From the NCBI GenBank assembly GCA_043821645.1, contig JBDRCO010000068.1, forward strand, positions 291,802-355,801: a DNA stretch of 64,000 nucleotides, written 5' to 3'. Under the pieces are notes generated by a model. That model did not search any database. It had not been told where the DNA came from and was given only the letters and a program-made list of their open reading frames with translations. Below are positions 51,060 to 60,214 of the stretch, piece after piece (the first letter of the stretch is position 1; each line of letters opens with the position of its first letter). Made by a program: the position numbers and the translations under genes. The DNA comes from Pseudomonadota bacterium. GTDB lineage: Bacteria; Myxococcota; JACRCW01; JAFGSX01.

Positions 51060-52988
51060 ATGAGAGCAGCTGCCATCGGTCTCATCTTTGTGCTCGGTTC
51101 TTTTACAGCCTGCCAGTGCGAGCCGCCCGTCGAAGGCAGCGACGCGACCTCACCGCATTACGATTCGGGAGCCAGGGTGGACTCGGCGGCCCACGACACT
51201 CTGGTGGCATCCGACGCAGCCCTGCCCGACGCTGCGGGCCACGACGCCTTCAGCCCGGTCGATGCTGCGACCCAGGATGGTACGGCAACTCATGATGCCG
51301 CGGCTGCGGATGACTCTGCCGTGCCAGCCGACGCTGCGGGCGCGGACAGTGCCCTGACGGACAGTGCCGTGGCAGATAGTGCCGCGGCGGACAGCGCGGT
51401 GGCAGACGCTGCCGTGGCGGACGCTGCCATGACGGACAGTGCCGTGGCGGACGCTGCCATGGCAGACAGTGCCGTGACGGACGGTGCCACGGCGGACAGT
51501 GCCGTCGACGATGCCGCGGTCAGCGACGCCGGCGGCCCCCTGACCACCTCGGCCCAGATCCAGGCGCTGCGGGACGCCTCGCCAGGTACCGTCGATCTGA
51601 TGGTCCAGGGGGCGACAGTGACCTACGTGGTGCCTGCGGTCGCAACCATACCGCCAGGGTTCTACATCCAGGCCGAGCAGATGGGACCCGCCATCCTGGT
51701 CCAGGTCGATCCCACGTCGCTGACCCCGGCACCCGTGGTTGGAGACGTGGTCGTGTTCCACGCCACCCAGAAGAACCACTCTGCGTCGTCGCCCATGGTG
51801 ACACTCCTCGACGGCTGGGCTCGGGTCGACCAGGGTGCGAACATCGAACTGCTGCGTCAGGACCTGAGCAACACGACGGATCTCCTCTCCAACATCGGTG
51901 ACTACGACGGTGAGTTGATGTCCATGCAGGCCACCTTGCTGGGCGACTGGGTCAGCAGCGGCACCGGATTCGTGGAAGCGCAGATCCAGACCGACGGTCA
52001 GGCCGGCAATGCGAGCTTTGTGCTGCGCATCCCGGCGACGCTGCAACAGGACCTGCGGCTGGCTCTGCAGGTGGGGAGAGTCATCGGCGTGCGGGGGATC
52101 TTCAAGCGATTCAACACAGATGCGCAGCCCTCTGGTTGGGTCGAGGCAGATCTTCGCACCTCACCCGTGCTGCTTCGAGCAGGCCCCGCTGCAAGCAACC
52201 AGATCACTGCCATCTTCAGCCGCAACATCGACCCCGCAACAGTCACCCCAGCCGGCACCAGGTTCAGCTTGACGGCAGGCCTGAACGTGACCGCCGCTTC
52301 CGCCTCCGGCAACGAGGTGACGTTGACCACGTCCTCCGACCTCGTCGTCGGCACCACCTACACCCTGACCGTCAACGCCGGCGTGCTCGCCACCATAGGC
52401 GCCGATGTCCCCGTCGGCTACAACACCGCCGAGGTACTGCGGCAGGACATCAACCTGGTGCTCAACGAGGTCGACTATGACAACAACGGCCCCGACTCCA
52501 ACGAGTTCATCGAGGTCAGGAACAACAGCGCCAGCCAGGTGAACCTGGGCCTGGCAGGGGTCGAGCTGATCCTCTACAACGGATCGGCAACCTCCGGCGG
52601 CATCTATCAGCGCATCGATCTCGGCCCGGCCGGTCTCCTCAACGCCGCCGCCTACCTCGTCGTGGGCAGCCCCAACCTGGGAGCAGGCGCCGACATTCAC
52701 TTCGCGAACGCCGACGACAACATCCAGAACGGTGCACCCGATGGCATCGCGCTGTACAGTGTGTTCACCCACCAGCTGGTGGATGCGCTGTCCTACGAGG
52801 GCGCCATCACCGCGGCGGACATCGATGGCCGGGTGTTCAGCCTGGTCGAGACCACCGAGACCACCGTGAGCTGCACCAACGGGAGCACGCGCTCGTTGTG
52901 CCGCCTGCCGGATGGCACCGATACCAACGTCGCGGTCAACGACTGGGGCACGTGCGCCTCGCCGACCATGGGCACGGCCAACCAGTAG
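51060..52988 (+). CDS. lipoprotein with DSAVA repeats, OB-like region, Ig-like domain and lamin-tail domain
   Basis: Lipobox FTAC; 'LVLNEVDYDN.G.D..EFIE..N', 'IQNGAPDGIAL', 'DALSYEG', 'PTMG..N'. Confidence 0.8.
   Translation: MRAAAIGLIFVLGSFTACQCEPPVEGSDATSPHYDSGARVDSAAHDTLVASDAALPDAAGHDAFSPVDAATQDGTATHDAAAADDSAVPADAAGADSALTDSAVADSAAADSAVADAAVADAAMTDSAVADAAMADSAVTDGATADSAVDDAAVSDAGGPLTTSAQIQALRDASPGTVDLMVQGATVTYVVPAVATIPPGFYIQAEQMGPAILVQVDPTSLTPAPVVGDVVVFHATQKNHSASSPMVTLLDGWARVDQGANIELLRQDLSNTTDLLSNIGDYDGELMSMQATLLGDWVSSGTGFVEAQIQTDGQAGNASFVLRIPATLQQDLRLALQVGRVIGVRGIFKRFNTDAQPSGWVEADLRTSPVLLRAGPAASNQITAIFSRNIDPATVTPAGTRFSLTAGLNVTAASASGNEVTLTTSSDLVVGTTYTLTVNAGVLATIGADVPVGYNTAEVLRQDINLVLNEVDYDNNGPDSNEFIEVRNNSASQVNLGLAGVELILYNGSATSGGIYQRIDLGPAGLLNAAAYLVVGSPNLGAGADIHFANADDNIQNGAPDGIALYSVFTHQLVDALSYEGAITAADIDGRVFSLVETTETTVSCTNGSTRSLCRLPDGTDTNVAVNDWGTCASPTMGTANQ
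51345..51524 (+). repeat. 15-bp tandem repeat (about 12 units, consensus GACAGTGCCGTGGCG, encoding DSAVA)
   Basis: Directly visible tandem array inside the CDS. Confidence 0.85.
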
Positions 52989-53143
52989 ACAGCCGAGATC
53001 GACGACGCTCGACCAGGCACCAACCTGGCCACCTCGTCGGTGCATCGCCGGCACCGGTGCATGCACTGCGTTCCTGCGCTTGACCACTCCCTGCGGACGC
53101 GCTTGAGATGCGCTCTCGTCTGTCCTCACCATGGAGTCTGGTC

Positions 53144-53551
53144 ATGAGAAGCATTCTGTGTGGTCTCGTCCTCGTGCTCTCCAGCATGGCCTGCAGCGAG
53201 AAGAAGCTGGATGCTCCACCGCCTCCGACCGCAGAGCCCTCCGCGCCGGCCGGGAACATCGCGCCACCCCCGGCAGCCGCTGGCTTCGCGGGTTCCTGCA
53301 CGGTGACCGTGTCGGGGACTGTCGTGTGCACGGACTACAAGGGCAACCCCGAGGCTGTGAAGCAGGGTTGCACCAAGTCCGCAAGCGCGACCATCACCAC
53401 GGCCTTTGCCGAGAGCCACTGCTCCACCGACGGCTTGACCGGCACCTGCGCCATGCCCAATGGTTCGGTCAACCACTACTACGCGCCGGCTCCCGTCGAG
53501 GCCATGGAGACGGCCTGCCGCAACGGCGGTGGAAGCTGGAGCAAGCGCTAG
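53144..53551 (+). CDS. small Cys-rich lipoprotein
   Basis: GGAG RBS; lipobox SMAC; Pro-rich linker; six further Cys ending 'C..GGG.W'. Confidence 0.75.
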   Translation: MRSILCGLVLVLSSMACSEKKLDAPPPPTAEPSAPAGNIAPPPAAAGFAGSCTVTVSGTVVCTDYKGNPEAVKQGCTKSASATITTAFAESHCSTDGLTGTCAMPNGSVNHYYAPAPVEAMETACRNGGGSWSKR

Positions 53552-54134
53552 CCTGCATTCGGCGCCCGTTCGCCTGCTGCGATCACCCATCCCGCCGCCA
53601 GGGTGCGGCGACCTCCCCCGGATCCCCCCAGGGTCGTGGCCACGATGACCCGTCGCCGCGCAGGTCATGAGCCGGGCATCGAGCCGACTGCAAGATAGGG
53701 GTCTGCAGCGGGTCAAGCAACTGGGACGCGACAGAACCGATGCCACCATCGCACTCGAGCGGAGAGGCGTGCTGTGGGAGTTGTGGAAGCACGAGTGAAT
53801 GTTCTCGCCCTTGCACGGCGTGGCATGACAACGAGGATCCCAAAGCGTCACCGAGAAGACGTGGCTGACGAGTCGGAGCTCATCCATCCTGTGGACTGCG
53901 CAACGCGCCTTCTTGCGCCGTCCATTCGCGTCCCACGAGCCGCACCCTGTGTGTGACTTCCGCAGAACTCGGCGCCTTACCTGGACGTGATTCAGCGTCC
54001 CGCAATACCTTGTTTTTGTGTCTAATAACCTAATGTTAGAATGCCCTCTCGACCATCGAGGAGGCAAAAAGTAAGGTGAAACAAAAGACGCTCCGACAGT
54101 TTCAATCCGTGTGCATCCTGAAGGGGGGGGATCG

Positions 54135-55498
54135 ATGCAACATCGTCATCACTCGTTGCTGTACGTGCTTGGCGTCCTGGTTGTAGCAGCCTGCCCGGAG
54201 ATCGTTCCTGGCGAGGTCGATGCCGGGTCGGACGCAGGACCCATCCTCGACACCGTGACCGTGTGCGTCAGCCACTACCACTCCGACGCGGCCGGGGAGC
54301 TCGTGCAGGCCCTGGCTGAGGGATCACAAGTGGCGGCCGATCTGCCAGGCGGCGCGCGGCAGGAGCTAGTCGCAGACGCGCAGGGCCTGGTGGAGATTTC
54401 AGGTGTGGACTGGAGCCTGGGGAATCTCGACCTCACGGTCTACAGGCAAGGATGCACCCTGCGCTCGTACATGGGGCTGGACCGGGACCAGATCGATGCG
54501 TGGGAGGAGGACGGAATCGTCGCTATCTCGGTTCCCTGTCCCGACGACAACGTCAGCGGGACGTTCGTCACCCTCAGCGGCCAGGCCACCAACATGGTCG
54601 ACACAGCGCACTATCTGATGGTCAGCGCAACCACGGTGGGGCGTTCCAGGACCTTGGCTCGGCCTGGTCTCTGCCCGTGCCGCCGGACTCACCGCTCACG
54701 ATGGTCGCGCTCGAGTGGGGCTATCCAGAAAACAGGAGCGTGAGCAGCCGTGGCATGGAGCAGGTGTTTTACAGCTGGACGGTACTGGAACATCCTGGAG
54801 TGAGTCAGGACACGACCCTGGACCTGGACCTTGCTGCCTCGCGCGCCACCACGCACTTCGCCGGCAGCATCGCCTTCCCTGACGAGACCACTGGCGATTA
54901 CTTCGAGCACGCCATTACCTACATGAGAGTACTGGCAGGAACAAACGGCGAGCTCTTCATCGGCGCAGTGACCCGTGGCGACGTGAGCAGCGATGGCCTG
55001 AGGTACGAGTACGAGGGAGAGTACGTGCCGATCGACGGGCTCCCGATACAGCAGTTCTTCAGCTCGAGTCGCTACGACCTGGGAAAGCAGGCCTACAGCG
55101 GCCGCCGCATCCTCGGAGCGCCCGGCCCGGCAGATCAGTACGACGCCATGCTCGAGCCGCCGCTCGTCGCTCCGCCGCCCATCCCCGGAATCCCGCACAG
55201 CCTCGGGGGCAGCTTGAGCTGGCAGCGCAGCGCTGCGGACCTGGCCAACCCAGGGCTGTACCAGGAGGTGTCGCTCAATCGCCGGAGCACCGGAGGTGTC
55301 GAATCCGAGGTCTGGTTGATCTACATACTGACAAACGCGCAGCAGCTCCGCTTCCCGGCCCTGCCTAGTAGCGTGAACCGGACCGCGGTGCTCGGCACAG
55401 AGCCCCTCTCCGCCTACGTCGTGCACTGGGACGAGCTCGAAGAGGACGGTCTCAGTTCCAGGTGGGCTGGAACAGGCCCCTTTGACGTGAACCCCTGA
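54135..55498 (+). pseudogene. lipoprotein gene split by a single frameshift near 54638-54641
   Basis: Lipobox VAAC; frame 1 is protein-like to ...MVSATTVG and frame 2 from GAFQDLGSAWSLPVP; one extra G in the GGGG run fuses them. Confidence 0.7.
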
Positions 55499-55858
55499 GC
55501 GCTCGCCGCGAACCAGACCCTCCGACGAGGGGGACCACATGAGAGCCTTGCGAGGCGCTGCCATGGCCATGATCGCCTGTGCCAGCGTTGGGTGCCGTGG
55601 CGACGTGTTCGATGTTCGGCTCCAGGCAGCTGCGGCCATGGGTCTCCCCTGCCGGCCTTCCCGATCCGGAGCTGCGTGGGAGTGAGATCCGGCTGCTCGA
55701 CAGGGACTCCGAGGCTGCCACACCGCACCGTCTTTCCCGCTGGTGTCGAGCCTTCTCGCTAGCGGTTACTGGACGAGCCGAAAGGAGGCTCCTCCGCCGC
55801 AAGTCCTGGGCGTGCAGGTCGTGGCCTCACCATGGCCTCAGGCCCCTTTGCATAAAGA

Positions 55859-55895
55859 AAAACGGGCACCCAGCATCTCGCCAAGTGCCCGTTTT
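55859..55895 (-). terminator. intrinsic terminator downstream of the tRNA 3' end
   Basis: Inverted repeat AAAACGGGCAC...GTGCCCGTTTT. Confidence 0.75.
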
Positions 55896-55900
55896 AATTG

Positions 55901-55945
55901 TGGTAGCGGGGATTGGACTCGAACCAATGGCCTTCGGGTTATGAG
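55901..55945 (-). tRNA. 3' half only of initiator tRNA-Met(CAT); probable att site
   Basis: Minus strand reads CTCATAA-CCCGAAGG-CCATTGGTTCGAGTCCAAT-CCCCGCTACCA; upstream sequence cannot form the anticodon stem, D arm or acceptor stem. Confidence 0.85.
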
Positions 55946-56081
55946 GACGACCAAGCAACCTTGCTCCCATTGTTGTCCTTGTATAATAGCACGTTACGGG
56001 GTTGCTGAGCTTGTCCAACTTGTGGTTTTGGACTGTTCTTGGCTCTCAGTGGCCACAAAATGGCCACAGCTTGGAGAGGCG

Positions 56082-56915
56082 ATGGCAAAGGCGAGGACGG
56101 ACAAGCGAGACACGAAACGTCAGGCTCGAGGGCCGAGCAGGCAGCCCGCCGCAAGGTCTCTCCGGGCCCGCCGCAAAGGCCCCCGGCCCGGTGAGGCCTC
56201 GAGCGCTGCACCACGGCCAGTAGCGGACTGGGGTCTGGTGGAGGAACAGTACCAACTGGCAATGGCGCGTCTGCTGCTGTTTGGCGACGACATCTTCACG
56301 CGCGCGAGTGCCGAGAAGCAGGCCCGGCTTACCTACATCTTGAAGGTTGTCGCTCTGGTGAACGAGATCATCGAGTTCGAGTCTTTCAATACTCGTCGTG
56401 CGCTTGTGCCGTTCGCTGTAAACGATCTGGCGCGCCTGGTTGCGACGGCGCAGAAGACCAGCACTGATGTGGAGGGCCAAGAGCTGGCCTTGAAGTACTT
56501 CACCCCCGAAGAGCGGGATGTCACGGCGAACGAGCTGTCCAGTCCCTCCGTCGAGGTTCAAGAATTCGATAACGGGCCCAAGGATGCTGCTCGCAAGTTG
56601 CTGGCGGACTCGCTGGAAATAGCTCAGAGCTCTGTACGCAATATCGAAGCTGAGGTGTCTGAGACTGACGCGGTGCCCATCTGGCAGAACCCGCGCACGG
56701 CGTTCTGCAGGCGGTCGGCTATGACTTTTGCCATCAAGTCCCTCTATGGTGCTTGTCGCCCAGGGGCCGAAAACAACGAGTCGCTAGAACCGCTCGATCA
56801 GATTTTCTGTATCCTCGACACCATCGGAACAGAGGCGCCACCTGTCGACGCCGTTGAACTTCCTCGGTTGTCTCCTGAGCTGGTGCGAAAGCGGAAAAAA
56901 TCCAAGAAGGCCTAG
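56082..56915 (+). CDS. hypothetical protein with basic N- and C-termini
   Basis: GGAGAGG RBS before ATG 56082; no recognised motif. Confidence 0.6.
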   Translation: MAKARTDKRDTKRQARGPSRQPAARSLRARRKGPRPGEASSAAPRPVADWGLVEEQYQLAMARLLLFGDDIFTRASAEKQARLTYILKVVALVNEIIEFESFNTRRALVPFAVNDLARLVATAQKTSTDVEGQELALKYFTPEERDVTANELSSPSVEVQEFDNGPKDAARKLLADSLEIAQSSVRNIEAEVSETDAVPIWQNPRTAFCRRSAMTFAIKSLYGACRPGAENNESLEPLDQIFCILDTIGTEAPPVDAVELPRLSPELVRKRKKSKKA

Positions 56916-57092
56916 CTCCTTAATTCGCACCATCCCGATCAAATGATTCTCGTCGCAGCCGGAGCCCTCCTCGCCCGCCGACGAGATGAGCAGGGATGCA
57001 CGCCCTGAAAAAGCCCCCTCCCCCGTCGGTATAAGAACTGCGTGAGAGGTCGCTTCGACCTCACCCCCACCACAACCGACGAGGAGGTCATC

Positions 57093-58256
57093 ATGGACAC
57101 GCATGCCCTGGTCCAGCACAAGTCCCACCAGGGCCCCGGCTCCTACGCCGAGGCCAACAGCCTGGCCGCTGCACGCGCCCGCGCCCGGCTGGTCGCCCGC
57201 TTCGAGGAGGGCCGGCGCCGGCTGCCCAACATCATTCAGGCCCTCGACGAGAACGTGCCCGATGACTACCTGGTCGTGGGCTCCGCGATCGAGTTCGGAG
57301 TCGACAACGGCCAGCTGCGGGCCGGCTTCGCTCACCGTGCCCACAGCGTCCACGGCCACGCCCTGGCCCAGCTTGCACAGCGTGTGGACATCCCCAAGGC
57401 CTACATCGACCTGCTGGCTACCCAGCAGCCCGAGCTGCTCGCCCACAACCTGCAGCAGCGCTACGCCCAGGGAAACGGCGCGCGGTTCTTGGCCCGTGTG
57501 GTCGAGGGCCAGGTGCGTGGCTGGCTGAGCTCCAAGTTCAAGCGCCTGGACAGCGGTCCGGTGGCAGTCGCCTTCATGGCCGCCGCGCGTGAGCTGGGCG
57601 CGGTGCCCGTCGCCGGTCAGGTGCTCGACACCAAGATCAGCCTCAAGTGGATGCTGCCGGTGGTGTACGAGCCCATCGCCAACGAGGTGCTGGCCGTGGG
57701 CCTGCACCTGCGCAACTCGGACTACGGCGACGGCGCGCTGAGCATCTGCTTCTACATCGAGCGCGTGTGGTGCACCAACGGCATGTCCGTCGAGGAGGGC
57801 CTGCGCAAGGTGCACCTGGGCGCGCGGCTCGACGATGTCGCCATCAGCGATGACACGCGCGAGCTGGAGATGAAGACCCTGGTGAGCGCCACCCGCGACG
57901 TTGTCACCAACCTGCTGACCCCCGAGATGATCGCCGGCAAGATGGCGCTGATCGCTGAGGCCGACGCCAAGCAGGTCCCGCTCAAGCAAACCCTTGAAGA
58001 CCTGCGCAAGCGCGCGCGCCTGTCCAAGGCTGAGACCGAGCGCTGCACCGAGCTGGCGGCGGTCGATGACGTGGAGTTGCTGCCCCCGGTGCGCATCAAG
58101 CCCAAACACGGCTACACCAGCGCCTGGCGCCTGGCCCATGTGGTCAGCGCTCTTGCCAACGAGAGCGTGCCCGAGCGCGCGCTCGAGTTGCAGGACCTGG
58201 CCGGCCAGCTCGCTGGAATTGACACCGTGTCAAACCCGGCCAGCAAGGCCGCCTGA
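57093..58256 (+). CDS. DUF932 domain protein
   Basis: GAGGAGG RBS; 'LRNSDYGDGAL...RVWCTNGM...H.G' signature. Confidence 0.8.
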   Translation: MDTHALVQHKSHQGPGSYAEANSLAAARARARLVARFEEGRRRLPNIIQALDENVPDDYLVVGSAIEFGVDNGQLRAGFAHRAHSVHGHALAQLAQRVDIPKAYIDLLATQQPELLAHNLQQRYAQGNGARFLARVVEGQVRGWLSSKFKRLDSGPVAVAFMAAARELGAVPVAGQVLDTKISLKWMLPVVYEPIANEVLAVGLHLRNSDYGDGALSICFYIERVWCTNGMSVEEGLRKVHLGARLDDVAISDDTRELEMKTLVSATRDVVTNLLTPEMIAGKMALIAEADAKQVPLKQTLEDLRKRARLSKAETERCTELAAVDDVELLPPVRIKPKHGYTSAWRLAHVVSALANESVPERALELQDLAGQLAGIDTVSNPASKAA

Positions 58257-58433
58257 CTGACCATACGTCCCCCAGTTCACCAGCGACATGCCGGCCCCAG
58301 TACGGGAGCGCGCCGGGGTCGGAGTCCCGAGCTGTAGCCATACTTTGAGGTGGCGGGGTGCCACCTCTCAACCCCTGGTCTCACCAGGGCTCAGGCCCCT
58401 CTGTCTCGACGACAGGCGGCCACGGAGGATGTG

Positions 58434-58541
58434 ATGAAGAAGTTCTTCAAGGCGCTGTTCAAGTCCCTGCCCATGATCGAGATCGTCGACAACATGGCCT
58501 CGCTGTTCCGCGACATGGCCAAGAAGCTGGTCGGGAGGTAG
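58434..58541 (+). CDS. 35-aa amphipathic peptide
   Basis: GGAGG RBS; GC3-rich codons; MKKFFKALFKSLPMIEIVDNMASLFRDMAKKLVGR; stop 2 nt before the next ATG. Confidence 0.6.
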   Translation: MKKFFKALFKSLPMIEIVDNMASLFRDMAKKLVGR

Positions 58542-58543
58542 CC

Positions 58544-59281
58544 ATGCCGACCAACCAGGACAGGGTGGATCTCTACCGGCGTCTGGCCGCGCCATTCCCC
58601 GAGGAAGCGGTCGAGCGCACGCGTGGCGACGTCACGCGGCGTGGCTACGACACCACGGGCATCAAGTACCAGTACGTGGTCAACCGGCTCAACGAAGTGC
58701 TCGGCGTCGGTGGCTTTCGCGTCGAGCGCGAGTTCAGCGTGCGTGACAAGGAGGCGCGCAGCGGCCAGCAGATGTTCGATGTGACCTGTGACCTGGTCAT
58801 GCAGCTCGGGACCTGGGAGGCCGGACAGTTCTTGCCCTTCGCCGAGGCCAGAGGCACCGGCGGCCACGTATCGGCTTGCGAGGCCGACGCCAGGAAGGGC
58901 GCGTTCACCAACGGCCTCAAGAAGTGCGCGGCCATGTTCGGCTGCGGGCGGCAGGCCTACGAGGGCACGCTGGACGATGACAACGTGCCCGCCGATCTAA
59001 GGACAGAGGAGCCAGCCACCGGGCGTTCACGCCTGGCCGAGGTCAGCCCGGTCTCGGCTCCGCGTGGGGCTGGAAGCGGCAGGATCACCAGCGCCCAGAT
59101 GGCAAAGCTGCGCGAGCTCGTGGACCAGGTCCGGGGCGGTGACTGGGATGGCTTCCGGGCCGACGTCCGCGAGCTCCACAACGTCGACGTCACCTACCTG
59201 TCCCGATCCGTGGCCAGCGAGCTGATCGGCGGCCTGATCGCCGAGAGCCGCCAGGCGCCCAGGAAGCGAGGTGCGGCATGA
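58544..59281 (+). CDS. Rad52/Rad22-family (Sak-like) single-strand annealing protein
   Basis: 'L.APFP...V...V.NRLNEVLG...DARKGA.TNGLKKCAAMFG.GR..Y'. Confidence 0.8.
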   Translation: MPTNQDRVDLYRRLAAPFPEEAVERTRGDVTRRGYDTTGIKYQYVVNRLNEVLGVGGFRVEREFSVRDKEARSGQQMFDVTCDLVMQLGTWEAGQFLPFAEARGTGGHVSACEADARKGAFTNGLKKCAAMFGCGRQAYEGTLDDDNVPADLRTEEPATGRSRLAEVSPVSAPRGAGSGRITSAQMAKLRELVDQVRGGDWDGFRADVRELHNVDVTYLSRSVASELIGGLIAESRQAPRKRGAA

Positions 59282-60117
59282 GCGCCGTGCTCCAGCTCCT
59301 GCGCGCGCAGGGAACCGAGCTGCACACCAGCGCCTCGGCGATTCGCTGCCTGCAGGAGTGCCCCCGGCAGTACTGGCTACGCTACGTCGAGGGTCGGCCG
59401 CCCCAGGATCGGTCCGCGCGCATGGTCCTGGGCTCAGCCATCCACAAGGCACTGGCTCTGTTCTACCGCTGCCTGCGTGACGGCGACCCCGAGCCCGATC
59501 ACCAGACCCTGCTGGGGGTGGCAGCGGCCTCGATCACCACCGAGGCCATGGGCGACCCGGCCATCGCCTACAAGGAGGGCGCCGACAGCGCGGCGCTGAT
59601 CGCTGAGGCCAGCGGTCTGCTGCATGCCTTCCTGGACCAGGGCTTCCGCCCGCGCAGGGTGCTGGCGGTCGAGGAACCCTTTTCCCTGGACCTGTCCGAC
59701 CCGACGACAGGCGAAGTGATGGGCTACGAGGAGCGGGTGGTCGGCGCGATGGACCTGGTGGCGCTGCAGGACGACGGCGCCCTGATCGTCGTCGACCACA
59801 AGCTGTGCAGCCGCAAGGACACCGCCAAGGCCGAGCGGGCCGATGTCCAGATGGGACTGTACGCCTGGGCCGCGCAGCAGGTCTGGGGGCGTGAGCCCGC
59901 CTTGCTCTACCAGGACTTGGTCAGCACCAAGCAGGCCAAGGTCGTGATCCAGGAGGTCGCCCGCCAGCCGGGTGACGTCGAGGAGGTGCTGGAGTCCGTG
60001 GCCTCGGCGCTCGAGCTCATCCACGTCGCCGTGGACCACCCGGCGGGCAAGAAGCTCATGGCCCGGCGTCGGTCCTGGATGTGCGCGGGCTGCGGCTGGC
60101 GTCAGGCCTGTGGCTAA
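59278..60117 (+). CDS. PD-(D/E)XK RecB/AddB-like exonuclease with four-Cys (Fe-S staple) motif
   Basis: SASAI..CPRQY, GSAIHKAL, GAMDLV, VDHK, QMGLY, C..C.W...C. Confidence 0.85.
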   Translation: MSAVLQLLRAQGTELHTSASAIRCLQECPRQYWLRYVEGRPPQDRSARMVLGSAIHKALALFYRCLRDGDPEPDHQTLLGVAAASITTEAMGDPAIAYKEGADSAALIAEASGLLHAFLDQGFRPRRVLAVEEPFSLDLSDPTTGEVMGYEERVVGAMDLVALQDDGALIVVDHKLCSRKDTAKAERADVQMGLYAWAAQQVWGREPALLYQDLVSTKQAKVVIQEVARQPGDVEEVLESVASALELIHVAVDHPAGKKLMARRRSWMCAGCGWRQACG

Positions 60118-60148
60118 GGAAGCTGATGTTGTGTCGACGGGAGATCAC

Positions 60149-60184
60149 CCCCGGCGGTGGTGCATCGAAGCACCGCCGCCGGGG
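60149..60184. terminator. GC-rich hairpin between convergent operons
   Basis: CCCCGGCGGTGGTGC-ATCGAA-GCACCGCCGCCGGGG. Confidence 0.55.
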
Positions 60185-60214
60185 AGTTGTCCGCGAGTTC
60201 TTGCGCTTCACCCA

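Noticed and set aside
54019-54041. TCTAATAACCTAATGTTAGA as an integron attC site
   Set aside because: Far too short for attC and no cassette array; at most an operator-like palindrome.
55901-55975. Complete tRNA-Met gene
   Set aside because: The 5' half is absent, so it was treated as an att fragment.
59278-60117. Cas4
   Set aside because: No cas1, cas2 or array; its position beside an annealase fits a recombination exonuclease.
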